Positions 1-10,606 of a stretch of DNA of 64,000 bases are shown here, one piece after another. The position numbers were made by a program, and so were the translations under genes. This DNA comes from Eubacterium sp. (lineage in GTDB: Bacteria > Bacillota > Clostridia > Acetivibrionales > DSM-1351), in assembly GCA_029266335.1 (NCBI GenBank), contig JAQSXC010000011.1, forward strand, positions 1,289-65,288, given 5' to 3'. Numbering within the stretch: position 1 is the stretch's first letter; each line of letters starts with the position of its first letter. A model generated the notes under the pieces. That model had not been told where the DNA came from and searched no databases. It saw nothing but the letters and a program-made list of their open reading frames with translations.

Positions 1-202
1 AATGTACTGTATAAATGGCCTGATCAGCTGGAATATTCTTTTTGTAAGCCTGGGGCTGGCACCTGCATTACTGATAGGTATGTTTATAGGCCGAAAGATA
101 GATTCCAGAATAAGTGACAGTACAGTAAAGAAGTTCGTAACTGCATTATTACTTGTCTCCGGAGTAGCTTATATTTTGATGAACAGGTTTGGAGCGGCAT
201 AA
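1..202 (+). CDS. C-terminal fragment of a membrane protein, probably TauE/SafE sulfite exporter family (5' truncated by window edge)
   Basis: Hydrophobic helices with 'PALLIGMFIGRKI...KKFVTALLLVSG', typical of the TauE C-terminus. Confidence 0.6.
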   Translation, partial: MYCINGLISWNILFVSLGLAPALLIGMFIGRKIDSRISDSTVKKFVTALLLVSGVAYILMNRFGAA

Positions 203-221
203 TAAAAGAGGTGACCAGGGA

Positions 222-1010
222 ATGAAAATTTTAGTTATTAACGGAAGCTTCAGAAGAGATGGCAACACTCAAAGAATTCTGGAGTTGTTTAAAGAGGAAT
301 ACCTCTTTTCTGCAAAACAACAGCATTTTAATGTGGAATTTGAAACCATTTTTTTGGCACATGAAAATATAGCATTTTGCAGGGGCTGCAGGGTTTGTTT
401 TGACAAGGGGGAGGAAAAGTGCCCTTTAAAGGATGAAGTTTTATCAGTCAGGTCAAAAATTGATAATTCTGATGCTGTTGTTCTTGCAAGTCCTGTTTAT
501 GTTGAGGATGTAAATGGTTTCATGAAAAACTGGATAGACCGGATGGCCTTTAACAACCACCGGCCGGCTTTCTGCGGTAAACCTGCAGTTGTTATTGCTA
601 CCTCAGGTGCATATTCTTCCGACCACACTTTAAAAACAATGATTAGAGCTTTTATAGGATGGGGAGGAGTAGTTGTTGCAAAAGATAAATTTATAACAGG
701 AGCATTAACAGCAAAGGAAGACTTAAAAAAACGTTATGCTGTAAAAATAAAGTATCTGGCCGAAAAATTACATAAGAACCTGACAGATAGGAAGGGCGGT
801 TATCCCTCCTTGTATTCCCTGGTTGCGTTTAGGGTTCAACAGAAATACTGGCAAAAAACAAAGAATATAAACTCATTTGATTATACTTATTGGAGGGATA
901 AAGGCTGGCTGAAAAATAGCTGCAACTATTATACGGCGCATGGTGCCGGATTTATAAAAACCAAAGCTGCCGGATTTTTTGGCAGAATTATATCGCAATT
1001 TTTTGGTTAA
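222..1010 (+). CDS. Flavodoxin-like / iron-sulfur flavoprotein (NADPH-dependent FMN reductase family)
   Basis: MKILVINGSFRRDGNT start, CxxCxxC-x7-C motif, ASPVY and MKNWIDR motifs; ATG at 222 after GAGGTG. Confidence 0.85.
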   Translation: MKILVINGSFRRDGNTQRILELFKEEYLFSAKQQHFNVEFETIFLAHENIAFCRGCRVCFDKGEEKCPLKDEVLSVRSKIDNSDAVVLASPVYVEDVNGFMKNWIDRMAFNNHRPAFCGKPAVVIATSGAYSSDHTLKTMIRAFIGWGGVVVAKDKFITGALTAKEDLKKRYAVKIKYLAEKLHKNLTDRKGGYPSLYSLVAFRVQQKYWQKTKNINSFDYTYWRDKGWLKNSCNYYTAHGAGFIKTKAAGFFGRIISQFFG

Positions 1011-1041
1011 GGATGCCAATTTAATGATAGGAGGAGTTAAT

Positions 1042-1407
1042 ATGGAGTTTATCGGTATATGTCTCATAACAAAAGATGTGCTTGCTTTGACTGAGTTTTA
1101 CAAAAAAATACTGGTTGTCGAAGCCGAGGGGAATGAGGTTCATGCTGAACTGAAAACAGATGGAGCAAATATTGCGATCTACTCTTTAGAGGGGATGGAG
1201 GGAATGGCCCCAAATTCCATGAATGGAGCAGGTAATGGCAGCATTACACTGAGTTTTAAGGTTAAGGATGCAGATGAAGAGTATGCAAGAATTAAGGCAT
1301 TGGGTGTTGAGTTTATAATGCTGCCGACGACTCATCCCTGGGGTGCCAGATCCTTTTGGTTCAGAGATCCGGATGGGAATATAGTAAACTTTGTTTGTTT
1401 AAAATAG
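1042..1407 (+). CDS. VOC/glyoxalase family protein
   Basis: FYKKIL and C-terminal PWGARSFWFRDPDGN motif; GGAGGAG RBS before ATG 1042. Confidence 0.9.
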   Translation: MEFIGICLITKDVLALTEFYKKILVVEAEGNEVHAELKTDGANIAIYSLEGMEGMAPNSMNGAGNGSITLSFKVKDADEEYARIKALGVEFIMLPTTHPWGARSFWFRDPDGNIVNFVCLK

Positions 1408-1428
1408 AAAATATTGAGGTTCTTACTT

Positions 1429-2064
1429 ATGAATATGGAAGCTATCAGAGAACTGGCCTGCAAGCATTTGGCCGACAGAAAGGCTCACAGGGAAAGAGAA
1501 AAGGGTTTTATTTTTTACCATGGAGAAAGGGTGGGCAAAATCGCAGTCGCCCTGAGAGAAATATTACTTCCGGGAAATTCTGCAAAGGATGAAATAATGA
1601 AGGCAGCTGCACATTTTCATGATGTTGCAAAAGGAATTGAGCCGCATGGTGAATATGGGGCTGTTCTGGTAAAAGAAATATTGAAGGACCATTGTTCTTC
1701 CCATGAAATTGATGAAATAGCAGAATTGATTTTTTATCATCAGAAGAGAAAGAAAGATCCTGATTACTCCGAATTCATTAAAATCTTTCAGGATGCAGAC
1801 ATGCTGGATCATTATGGAACTATCGAGATATGGATGAATTTCCATTATTACGCCTATATGGATCAGCCTATTGGGGAATCGGTAAAGTTTTATAAGGAGC
1901 ATTTTGATCAGCACGCTGCAGACATGAAAAACTTATTGAATTTTGATGTATCTCTTGCAATATTCGAAGATAAAATCAGGTTCATTAAGAGTTTTGCTGA
2001 TAGAATGTCCTGCGAAGCAAATGGTGAAATATATCAATTGCAGAAAATTACGGAAACAACGTAA
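1429..2064 (+). CDS. HD-domain metal-dependent phosphohydrolase
   Basis: H...HD...H...DADxLD pattern (HGERV, HFHDVAK, DADMLD); GAGGT RBS. Confidence 0.85.
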   Translation: MNMEAIRELACKHLADRKAHREREKGFIFYHGERVGKIAVALREILLPGNSAKDEIMKAAAHFHDVAKGIEPHGEYGAVLVKEILKDHCSSHEIDEIAELIFYHQKRKKDPDYSEFIKIFQDADMLDHYGTIEIWMNFHYYAYMDQPIGESVKFYKEHFDQHAADMKNLLNFDVSLAIFEDKIRFIKSFADRMSCEANGEIYQLQKITETT

Positions 2065-2115
2065 AATAATATTAAAAATGCAGAAGCGAACGTAAAAAAT
2101 ATTAAAGCTTTGCAC

Positions 2116-2160
2116 AAAAAAACAGGCTCTCGGCTTAAAAAACCGGAGGCCTATTTTTTA
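2116..2160. terminator. Probable bidirectional intrinsic terminator
   Basis: A-tract, imperfect stem AGGCTCTCGG/CCGGAGGCCT, T-tract; lies between convergent genes. Confidence 0.6.
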
Positions 2161-2172
2161 TATGTAGTATTT

Positions 2173-3810
2173 TTAGAAAATTCTGTATGCACATTCAAAA
2201 TGATTTACCCAGTAGGAGGAGTTTATGGATGTAACCCTCACTCTACCCTGGCTTGAGGAGGCATCTATCATTTGGCCGTTACCCAATGCAATTCCCACAT
2301 GACCACGGTAGGAAATAATGTCACCTCTCTTAATATTCTTCATGCTGTCGATCCTCTGATATCTTGAGGTATTCTGCCATGAGAAGGAGGTCATATAACT
2401 CTGTCTTATACCTGCCTGATTGAGTACCCAGTACACGAACCCTGAGCAGTCAAAACTGCCGGGTCCTTTGGCTCCATACACATATCTGGCGCCCAGCTTG
2501 GATTTGGCAATGGATATAATATTGTTTACTATGGAGCTTGAACTGCCGGGGGTGTCGGTGCTGCCACTACCTGAATTGTTACCCTGTGAACCGCCATTCC
2601 CGCCGGAATTGTTACCACCGGAACCACTGTTGTTTGAACCGCCATTCCATTTCTTTGCGTCAGGAGAAAGAAGTTTGTTTATGGTTTGTGAACCAACTTT
2701 GCCGTCAGCCGACAATCCATTACGCTTCTGGAAATTCACAACAGCATCATGGGTGTCTGAACCAAAGTATCCGGTAACACTGCTTAAATACATTAATTTT
2801 TTGAGATAAGTCTGAATGTTTTCTACGTCAGAGCCTCTGTCACCGGTCTTTATTGCATATTCCTCAGCGTTACCAGACATTAATAATTCCTTTGTTGCCG
2901 GTCCCATATAGCCGTCTGCGATTAAACCGTTATGATCCTGAAAATGCTTAACGGCCAGAACTGTGTCATTTCCATATTTACCATCAGGTTTTGTAGTAAG
3001 ATAGCCAAGTTGATTCAATTGCTGCTGATATTTTAAGATTTCGTCATCCTCATCTCCAAGATAAAAGGAAAGAGGGATAGCTTCGGTGGAATATAATTTC
3101 TCCCGGGTGTTTTTTCCTACATTGCCATCGTCATAAAGGCCGTTTCTTTTCTGAAATTCCTTAACAGCCGCCTCTGTATCAGTACCAAAGTATCCCGTAA
3201 TCTTTGGAATATATCCCAATTCGTAAAGACGGGCCTGGAGCTGTTCAACATCTGTTCCGTCTGCCCCCAGATAAACAGTATATTCTTTTGCCGAATCGGA
3301 CATCAGAATCTTATAGGTTTCAGCATCAACTTCTCCGGTAATTTTCAGCTCCATTTTACGTTGAAATAATTTGACTGCCTGTTCCATTGCTTCTCCATAT
3401 TCCTCGGAGGGTTCGTCTGATTCCAGATAATCCAGTTCCACAAGCCTTTTCTGAAGGTTAACGACTATACTGTCTTTTATTCCCAGCTTGATTATATCAC
3501 CTTTGGCAGGATCAAGCGGAGCCTGTCTGCCTCGTGAAACTTTGATTGAAGCTTGATCGGCTGCTTTTGCCGAATAGCTTTCAGCTGCCAGCGTTGTGGT
3601 TGTAGCAGCTTCCTGACTGGGTGTAGAGGGAGCTGTAGTATTTAATGAAGGAAGGGACGCTGTTGTAGCAATGACTACTGTTAGGGTAATGGCTGCAACA
3701 CCGGAAGTGGAAATTAATAGATACTTGAATTTTTTAGGACTTTCTGTTTTATAATTCTTGATTTTGTGCTTGAAATTACTCAGAAAATTCTTTATGTTTT
3801 TCTTATTCAT
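2173..3810 (-). CDS. Peptidoglycan-binding-repeat NlpC/P60 cell-wall endopeptidase
   Basis: N-terminal TM anchor, about four PG_binding_1 repeats (LQxRLxxLGY...AVKxFQxRNGLxxDG), G/S/N-rich linker, C-terminal YVYGAKGP-SFDCSG...HVGI. Confidence 0.92.
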   Translation of the reverse strand: MNKKNIKNFLSNFKHKIKNYKTESPKKFKYLLISTSGVAAITLTVVIATTASLPSLNTTAPSTPSQEAATTTTLAAESYSAKAADQASIKVSRGRQAPLDPAKGDIIKLGIKDSIVVNLQKRLVELDYLESDEPSEEYGEAMEQAVKLFQRKMELKITGEVDAETYKILMSDSAKEYTVYLGADGTDVEQLQARLYELGYIPKITGYFGTDTEAAVKEFQKRNGLYDDGNVGKNTREKLYSTEAIPLSFYLGDEDDEILKYQQQLNQLGYLTTKPDGKYGNDTVLAVKHFQDHNGLIADGYMGPATKELLMSGNAEEYAIKTGDRGSDVENIQTYLKKLMYLSSVTGYFGSDTHDAVVNFQKRNGLSADGKVGSQTINKLLSPDAKKWNGGSNNSGSGGNNSGGNGGSQGNNSGSGSTDTPGSSSSIVNNIISIAKSKLGARYVYGAKGPGSFDCSGFVYWVLNQAGIRQSYMTSFSWQNTSRYQRIDSMKNIKRGDIISYRGHVGIALGNGQMIDASSSQGRVRVTSINSSYWVNHFECAYRIF

Positions 3811-4126
3811 GTTTTCTCCAATAAATTATGTATTTTTGAAATGGAATTTTACGCAAAAAACGCAATAAAAAAAACCACTTCACCATATAAAAAATCATCT
3901 ACAGGAATTGGTAATAGACTTAAAGCAAATAGAATAATCAAAAAGTGTGATGCGAAGCCCGAAGGCCATTTAAAAAAGAATAACACATTGGCAAAACTTT
4001 ATGTAAGCATCAAAATTCAATTATAACAATTCCTAGTATACATAACCTTTTTAAATGTTACAAATATAATAACACAAATCAAAGACATTTATATTAAGTT
4101 TAATTTACAAATAATATTTTTATATT

Positions 4127-4828
4127 TCATTTTGACAGAATTAGACTTATTTTTGACCTATAGCTGCTGATATTGATTTTATCTATTAAGTACAATATAT
4201 AGCCTAATACCAAAAAGCCAAACATCAATAAGCCGGCATTTTTAATAACCTTTAGCCACCCAAGCAGTTCAACATCGATGAAAAAATATGGATAGGGGCT
4301 CTTTACAATTTCAATGATACCTCCCAGTTTTGCTCTTATCAATATAAATATAAAGTATGTAATTGGCAGCAACAGCCAGAATATTGGATCAAACCAGCGA
4401 AAATAAAACTTTTCATCAAAGACAAGCCAATCGGTAATAGCTGCCAGAGGTACGAAATAATGAACAAGAACATTTTGCCAGTTGAGCAGGCTGTAATTTG
4501 AGTTTGGAGCATTAAGATATTTAGGGACAAGTACAAAATGATAAATAATAAACGTAACGGCTATTGTCATAGTGACAGCACCCTTGAAGTGCGGCAGGAA
4601 TACCGTTGAACCTTTTATGCCTATGCTTTTTAAGTCCATAAAGGTTTTAACTGTCAGAAGAGAAAAGAAAATAAAGCATAATGCATTACTTTGAATTGTA
4701 TAAAAAATGAGCATGTAAGGGGCAGGCTTTCCGCTTGGAAGGCCGGAGTTGAGATAAAGACCTATTCCACATCCAACTAATAACAGAATCCTAAAAATTA
4801 ATGCGAACAAGCGATTATGAATACACAT
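4127..4828 (-). CDS. Pr6Pr / FAR-17a-AIG1-like integral membrane protein
   Basis: FYTIQSN, VHYFVP...DW and YPYFFID motifs; multiple TM helices. Confidence 0.75.
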   Translation of the reverse strand: MCIHNRLFALIFRILLLVGCGIGLYLNSGLPSGKPAPYMLIFYTIQSNALCFIFFSLLTVKTFMDLKSIGIKGSTVFLPHFKGAVTMTIAVTFIIYHFVLVPKYLNAPNSNYSLLNWQNVLVHYFVPLAAITDWLVFDEKFYFRWFDPIFWLLLPITYFIFILIRAKLGGIIEIVKSPYPYFFIDVELLGWLKVIKNAGLLMFGFLVLGYILYLIDKINISSYRSKISLILSK

Positions 4829-5175
4829 ATCTTTTTCCTCCGCATACAGCTAATTTTTATACTGTAAAACCATGCACTATTTAATTTTTCATATTTAAAT
4901 TATATCACGATTGAAAGGATTTGAAACTGATTTGGAATATGTATACAATATTTTTATAAAAGTCGGTATGAAGTGTGTTGCAATGTGGTATAATATAGTA
5001 AATTATACACATATCTTATTAGCTTTTCGTATTTTCAACTTGAAAAATGTCAAATAGATATAATTCTATATAAAAAATTGGATATTCTTTTGTTTATTCT
5101 TTTGATTGTATTAATATGAAAAATATATTATTATAAATACATTAATAAAAGACATTTATAAAACTGGGTGATTTT

Positions 5176-6303
5176 ATGACGACAGGCAGAGTAAATAGTA
5201 TTGAAGTTAAAAAAATAAATAGAAACGCAATATATAATTTTTTATATATGCGGGATCCTATTTCTATTCAGGAAATAGCTTATTCTCTCAATATGAGCTT
5301 GCCGACAGTAACTCAAAACATCAAGGAACTGTATGAGCGCGGCCTGGTTATTGAAACAGGTTTGTTTGAGTCTACAGGTGGGCGTAAGGCAAAGGCAATT
5401 GCTTACAACAGCACTGCAAAATATGCTGTAGGTCTTGATATAACAAGAAATCACGTAGGTATTGTAATAATAGATTTAAGTGCAAAAGTTATTAAAAATC
5501 TCAGGAATCAATTTCCTTTTGTAAACGCAAAAGAATATTTTAAAGGTGTGGGAGACCTGGTCAACAGCTTTATTCAGGAATGCGGAATAGAACCTGAAAA
5601 TGTGCTTGGAGTGGGTATTGCTTTACCGGCTATATTATCTGATGACGGTGAATCCGCCAGCTATGCCCAGGTCATAGATTTCGAGGGTGGAGATATAAAG
5701 GCCTTTTCAGAGTTTATCCCCTACAAATGTACCTTTAGCAATGATGCCAATGCTGCCGGTTTTGCCGAAATGTGGGGAGACAAAACTGAAGAAAGTGTTG
5801 CATATTTGTCACTGAACAACTCTGTGGGCGGATCCATCATCATTGGAAAGAATATCTATAATGGCCAGAATCAGAGGGGCGGAGAGTTTGGACATATGAC
5901 CATAGTCCCTGGAGGCAAAACCTGCTATTGTGGTCAAAAAGGCTGTGTTGATGCTTACTGTTCTGCTAAAATCCTGTCTGACAGTACCAATGGCAACATA
6001 TCAGAGTTTTTCAGACTGTTGAGATTGGAGCAGGAACCCCAAAAAAGTATATGGAAGGAATATGTATCCCATCTTGTTGTAGCTATAAATAACTTAAGAA
6101 TGCTTTTTGACTGTAAAGTTATACTGGGAGGCTATGCCGGAGCTTATATGGACGAGTATCTGGATGAATTAAGAGAACTGGTATCAGGATACAATACCTT
6201 TGAAGTGGATGGCAAATACCTTCATGTATGCAAATACAAACTTGAAACTACTGCTGTTGGCGCAGCCCTGCTTCATGTAGAGGATTTTATCAGAAATATA
6301 TAA
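5176..6303 (+). CDS. ROK family transcriptional regulator (XylR/NagC-like)
   Basis: N-terminal HTH with STGGRKA, NDANAA, GEFGHM and CYCGQKGC zinc motif. Confidence 0.93.
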   Translation: MTTGRVNSIEVKKINRNAIYNFLYMRDPISIQEIAYSLNMSLPTVTQNIKELYERGLVIETGLFESTGGRKAKAIAYNSTAKYAVGLDITRNHVGIVIIDLSAKVIKNLRNQFPFVNAKEYFKGVGDLVNSFIQECGIEPENVLGVGIALPAILSDDGESASYAQVIDFEGGDIKAFSEFIPYKCTFSNDANAAGFAEMWGDKTEESVAYLSLNNSVGGSIIIGKNIYNGQNQRGGEFGHMTIVPGGKTCYCGQKGCVDAYCSAKILSDSTNGNISEFFRLLRLEQEPQKSIWKEYVSHLVVAINNLRMLFDCKVILGGYAGAYMDEYLDELRELVSGYNTFEVDGKYLHVCKYKLETTAVGAALLHVEDFIRNI

Positions 6304-6380
6304 ATAGATTATATAGATATTATAATAATTCTTAAATTCTTGATTTGGAAGAAATAATTTTAATAACTATTGGAAAAAAT

Positions 6381-6423
6381 AAAAGAGTATATAACCTTAT
6401 TAGAGGGTTATATACTCTTTTTT
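6381..6423 (+). terminator. Intrinsic terminator after the ROK gene
   Basis: AAAAGAGTATATAACC / GGTTATATACTCTTTT inverted repeat with T tail. Confidence 0.85.
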
Positions 6424-6500
6424 AGTATGTACAGATTCAGTAGCGGAAGGTGTTTTATACATTGTGACTAAAAATGGTATAAATTTTTAAAAAAAATATA

Positions 6501-6528
6501 TTGACTTTGTATAAAAAAACGATATAAT
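6501..6528 (+). promoter_or_regulatory. Sigma-A promoter of the sugar ABC operon
   Basis: TTGACT-N16-TATAAT. Confidence 0.65.
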
Positions 6529-6675
6529 CTTATTAAAAGTAATTTATAAAAGTCTTATATAAATTTATAATTTAATGTGTTTTTAAAAACGATTAATCAG
6601 AAGATTTTTTCAGAATCAAACAAGAACTTATAATTTGGAACAAATTTAATCAGTGGAATTTAACGGGAGAAGGAT

Positions 6676-8187
6676 ATGAGCCAGAACATTAAACTAAGAG
6701 TTTCACAAATTGAAAAATCCTTTCCAGGAGTAAAGGCACTTGATAAAATCGATTTTACTGTAAAGAAGGGTTCTGTCCATGTTTTGTGTGGGGAGAACGG
6801 CGCAGGAAAATCTACATTGATGAAAATCATTAATGGAGTTTATCAACCTGACGGCGGTCAAATATTTATTGATGAGAAACCGGTAAAAATCAACAATCCT
6901 ATTCAGGCCAGAAACCTGGGGATCTCAATGATATTTCAGGAAATGAACTATGTCCCTGAAATGACTGTTGAGGAGAATATTTTTTTGGGAAACCTCCCGG
7001 TGGGAAAATTGGGAAACGTTGATTGGAAAGAGGTAAGACAACGAACCAAAGAATTGCTGAAAAAAGAAAACTTACCTTATTCACCGACTACATTGCTAAA
7101 AGATCTGACCGTATCTGATATTCAGATGCTGGAAATAATAAAAGCTATTTCTTACAATTCGGACATCATCATAATGGATGAGCCCACATCAGCCATAACC
7201 CAAAAGGAAGTAGAAAAACTGTTTACAAAAATCCGTGAATTAAAAGCAAGAGGAGTATGCATAATTTACATTTCTCACAAGCTTGATGAAATATTCCAGA
7301 TAGCTGATGAGATAACAGTTTTCCGAGATGGTACGGTAGTAGAGAGCCATCCCAGGGAAGAGCTGGATATAGAAACAGTAATTGCTCTTATGGTAGGCCG
7401 TAAGCTCACTAACACATACCCGAAAGAAGAAGTTGAAATCGGGGATGACATACTCAGAGTTGAAAAACTAAGCAATGGAAATGTATATCATGATGTGAGT
7501 TTTCACCTGAAAAAAGGAGAGATAATCGGATTTGCAGGTCTGATGGGAGCAGGCAGAACAGAGGTAATGCGTTCACTGTTCGGACTGGATCCCATAACCT
7601 CCGGAAAAGTCTCCATAAAGGGTGAAGAGGTTAAGATAAAAAATGTAAGACAGAGTATTGAAAACGGGTTGGTAATGCTTTCAGAAGACAGAAGAAGATA
7701 TGGAATTATTCCGGTTAGATCTGTTAAAGAAAATACTACATTATCTTTCTTGCAGAAAGTCTTTTACAAATTCAGACTTCACCACAAAACCGAGAAGAAC
7801 ATTGTTTCAGACATGTTTACAAAAATGAAGGTAAAAACTCCTACTTTGGACACAACAATACAGTCATTAAGTGGTGGTAATCAGCAAAAAGTTGTTCTGG
7901 CTAAATGGATGATTAGAAATCCTGACATATTGATACTTGATGAACCAACAAGAGGTATTGATGTTGGAGCAAAATTCGAAATCTATAAGCTGATGACAAA
8001 TTTAGCCCAGGATGGCAAGGCAGTTATAATGGTTTCTTCAGAATTACCTGAGTTGATTGGTATGTGTGACAGAGTTTATGTAATGTCAAAAGGTACCATA
8101 ACCGGTGAAATTGCAAGAAAGGATTTCTCTCAGGAACTTATTATGAAGTATGCTACCGGAACTTTAATATCTAACGAGGTGAATTAA
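6676..8187 (+). CDS. Monosaccharide ABC transporter ATP-binding protein (RbsA/MglA type, two NBDs)
   Basis: GENGAGKS, MDEPT, LSGGNQQKV, DEPTRGIDVGAK. Confidence 0.95.
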   Translation: MSQNIKLRVSQIEKSFPGVKALDKIDFTVKKGSVHVLCGENGAGKSTLMKIINGVYQPDGGQIFIDEKPVKINNPIQARNLGISMIFQEMNYVPEMTVEENIFLGNLPVGKLGNVDWKEVRQRTKELLKKENLPYSPTTLLKDLTVSDIQMLEIIKAISYNSDIIIMDEPTSAITQKEVEKLFTKIRELKARGVCIIYISHKLDEIFQIADEITVFRDGTVVESHPREELDIETVIALMVGRKLTNTYPKEEVEIGDDILRVEKLSNGNVYHDVSFHLKKGEIIGFAGLMGAGRTEVMRSLFGLDPITSGKVSIKGEEVKIKNVRQSIENGLVMLSEDRRRYGIIPVRSVKENTTLSFLQKVFYKFRLHHKTEKNIVSDMFTKMKVKTPTLDTTIQSLSGGNQQKVVLAKWMIRNPDILILDEPTRGIDVGAKFEIYKLMTNLAQDGKAVIMVSSELPELIGMCDRVYVMSKGTITGEIARKDFSQELIMKYATGTLISNEVN

Positions 8188-8188
8188 A

Positions 8189-9196
8189 ATGGAGTTGAAA
8201 AATATTTGGGGCACGGCGAAGAAAAAATATAGTATTTTCATGGTTTTGTTTTTACTGTTTTTTGTTTGTTCAATAATTAATGAAAACTTTTTGACACCAA
8301 ACAATCTGACCAATATTTCAAGACAGCTTGCTGTTACTACCGTATTGGCATTTGGACAGACTATGCTGATCATATCGGGTATGCTTGACCTGTCACAGGG
8401 CTCGGTTCTCGCGCTGTCAGGTGTATTTGCAGTATCAGCCTACAAATCCACAGGTTCATTGTTTATTGCAGTATTGGTAGGAATAGTAACAGGTGTTGTG
8501 TGTAACATTGTTAACGCTGTTATGGTAAGTACCTTTAAAGCACCACCTTTTATTGCCACACTGGCAATGCTTACAATGGCCCGAGGAGTAGCTCTCCTGT
8601 ATACAAAGGGACAGAATCTCCTCCAGCTTGGTGATTTTGTAGTTTTTGGACAAGGTTCCGCAGGTGTGATTCCAATACCAATTATATTTCTGATAGTAGT
8701 TGCAATCTTCACCTGGTATATATTAAAGCACACACGGTTCGGACGATCCCTGTATGCGGTGGGAGGCAACGAAGAAGCGTCAATTGCCTCGGGTATCAAT
8801 GTTCACAAGGTTAAATACACTGCATTTATTATAAATGGTATCTTTGTAGGCTTGGCAGGTGTACTCTTCATGTCACGTGTTAATGCAGGACTTCCAAACG
8901 GTGCGGTTGGCTACGAATTTACAGCCCTGACGGCAGCCATCATTGGCGGAACAAGCTTCTCGGGCGGTGTCGGTACTGCAGCCGGTACTCTTGCAGGTGC
9001 ATTTATAGTTGGATTCCTTGACAATATAATGAACCTTGCAAGTGTGGATTCATACATGCAGCAAATAGTAAGAGGTGCAATTATCGCACTGGCAGTTATT
9101 TACGATATACGTTCAAAGAATAAAAGAACCAAAAGTGCAATGGGAAGAATTGAAGACAAGGAAAAAACAAAAAAGGAAGTTAAAGCAAAGTCTTAA
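8189..9196 (+). CDS. Monosaccharide ABC transporter permease (RbsC type)
   Basis: LDLSQGS, PPFIATL, TRFGRSLYAVGGNEEAS, IIGGTSFSGG. Confidence 0.95.
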   Translation: MELKNIWGTAKKKYSIFMVLFLLFFVCSIINENFLTPNNLTNISRQLAVTTVLAFGQTMLIISGMLDLSQGSVLALSGVFAVSAYKSTGSLFIAVLVGIVTGVVCNIVNAVMVSTFKAPPFIATLAMLTMARGVALLYTKGQNLLQLGDFVVFGQGSAGVIPIPIIFLIVVAIFTWYILKHTRFGRSLYAVGGNEEASIASGINVHKVKYTAFIINGIFVGLAGVLFMSRVNAGLPNGAVGYEFTALTAAIIGGTSFSGGVGTAAGTLAGAFIVGFLDNIMNLASVDSYMQQIVRGAIIALAVIYDIRSKNKRTKSAMGRIEDKEKTKKEVKAKS

Positions 9197-9299
9197 TGCA
9201 GAATTAAATCTGTTTTAGATCAGTAATGTTACTTTCATTCAGTATTAAGCAGCATAAAGGCTGTTTAAAATATAAAATAATTAAAAAGGATGGTCAACA

Positions 9300-10310
9300 A
9301 TGAAGAAGAGACTTATAAGCGTACTTTCAATGTTACTAGCAATTGTATTATTGGCTGCTTGTGGTAATGCAGGTACTCCAAATGCGTCTAATACCACTGC
9401 TGCCGGCACAGACACTGGTGCCGCCGGAACAAAGAATTTCAAAGTTGCATATATTGCAAGAGCTCAATCCGACTCATTTGCAGCATGGCTTGCAAATGCT
9501 GTTAAAGAGGAAGCCAAGAAGTATCCAAATATAACTCTTGATGTTTTTGATGGTGAAGCAAATGATGAGAAAGAAAACTCAATGATTGAGAACGCTATCA
9601 CTAACAAGTACAATTTGGTTATCGTTCAGCCAAATAACGGTGAAGCTCAAAGACCATACGTTGAAAAAGTTGTTAAGGCAGGAATATTTGCAATAACAAC
9701 AAACGCTCGTATTTCAGGTATTGAAGGAGCATCTTCTGTAGACGCTAATCCTTACGAACAGGCCGCAGTTAATGCTCGTGCCGCACTTGAACAAATTCCG
9801 CAGAATGCAAAAGTTGTTGTATTAAAAGGACCTTCAGGTAATTTCCACGCTGATGAAAGACGTGCCAGCTGGCAGAAAGAATTCTTCGACAAACGTCCAG
9901 ACGTAAAAATTGTTGGAGAGCAGATAGCCAACTGGAACAAGGATGAAGCCATGAAGTACATGGAAGACTGGGTTCAGGCCAATGACAAGATCGATGCTGT
10001 TATCTCAATGAACGATAACATGGCTGCCGGTGCAATTGAAGTTGTTAAAGATAATGCAAAGTTCAAAGATATGCTTGTATATGGTGTTGACGGAACAGCG
10101 GAAGCCCTTCTCCTTATCCAGGAAGGCAAAATGACATCAACTTGTATGCAGAGTGCTTATGACCTTGCAACAAAACTGCTTGAAACAAGCAACAAATTGT
10201 TGACAGGTGCAGAAAAGCAGATTGATACAGATATCGGAAACCCATTGGTTAACAAGGATAATGTTCAGCAGTATATTGATGTATTGAAGAAAGCCGGAGC
10301 AATTAAATAA
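9300..10310 (+). CDS. Sugar ABC transporter substrate-binding lipoprotein (RbsB fold)
   Basis: Lipobox LAAC, NDNMAAG, GVDG motifs. Confidence 0.92.
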   Translation: MKKRLISVLSMLLAIVLLAACGNAGTPNASNTTAAGTDTGAAGTKNFKVAYIARAQSDSFAAWLANAVKEEAKKYPNITLDVFDGEANDEKENSMIENAITNKYNLVIVQPNNGEAQRPYVEKVVKAGIFAITTNARISGIEGASSVDANPYEQAAVNARAALEQIPQNAKVVVLKGPSGNFHADERRASWQKEFFDKRPDVKIVGEQIANWNKDEAMKYMEDWVQANDKIDAVISMNDNMAAGAIEVVKDNAKFKDMLVYGVDGTAEALLLIQEGKMTSTCMQSAYDLATKLLETSNKLLTGAEKQIDTDIGNPLVNKDNVQQYIDVLKKAGAIK

Positions 10311-10343
10311 TATATGTAATCCCATTCAACAAAGATAAACCAA

Positions 10344-10389
10344 TAGCACAGAAAGATGCGTGAAGCTGTTTCACGCATCTCTGGTGCTA
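10344..10389 (+). terminator. Stem-loop after the binding-protein gene (no U-tract; terminator or mRNA stabiliser)
   Basis: AGATGCGTGAA / TTCACGCATCT core, extended by TAGCAC/GTGCTA. Confidence 0.6.
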
Positions 10390-10606
10390 TATAAGAAAAA
10401 AAGGAAAAGCCATCCAGAATATTATAAATAATTACCAAAAGATACATGTAAAACTTTTATAAAACTATATAATAAAACTATTTACTGAAAGTTCGAAAGT
10501 ATTTACAATTAACATTGAAATCTAATTACATTTTATATAAAGATATATTTTAATTTTAAGATATATTAATTTATTTACTTCACAATAATGAATCTAGGAG
10601 GGTTTA

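Noticed and set aside
3811-4126. c-di-AMP or other riboswitch upstream of the NlpC/P60 gene, and the 86-aa ORF at 3766-4026
   Set aside because: No ydaO-type conserved segments seen on the minus strand; the ORF has no RBS or recognisable motif
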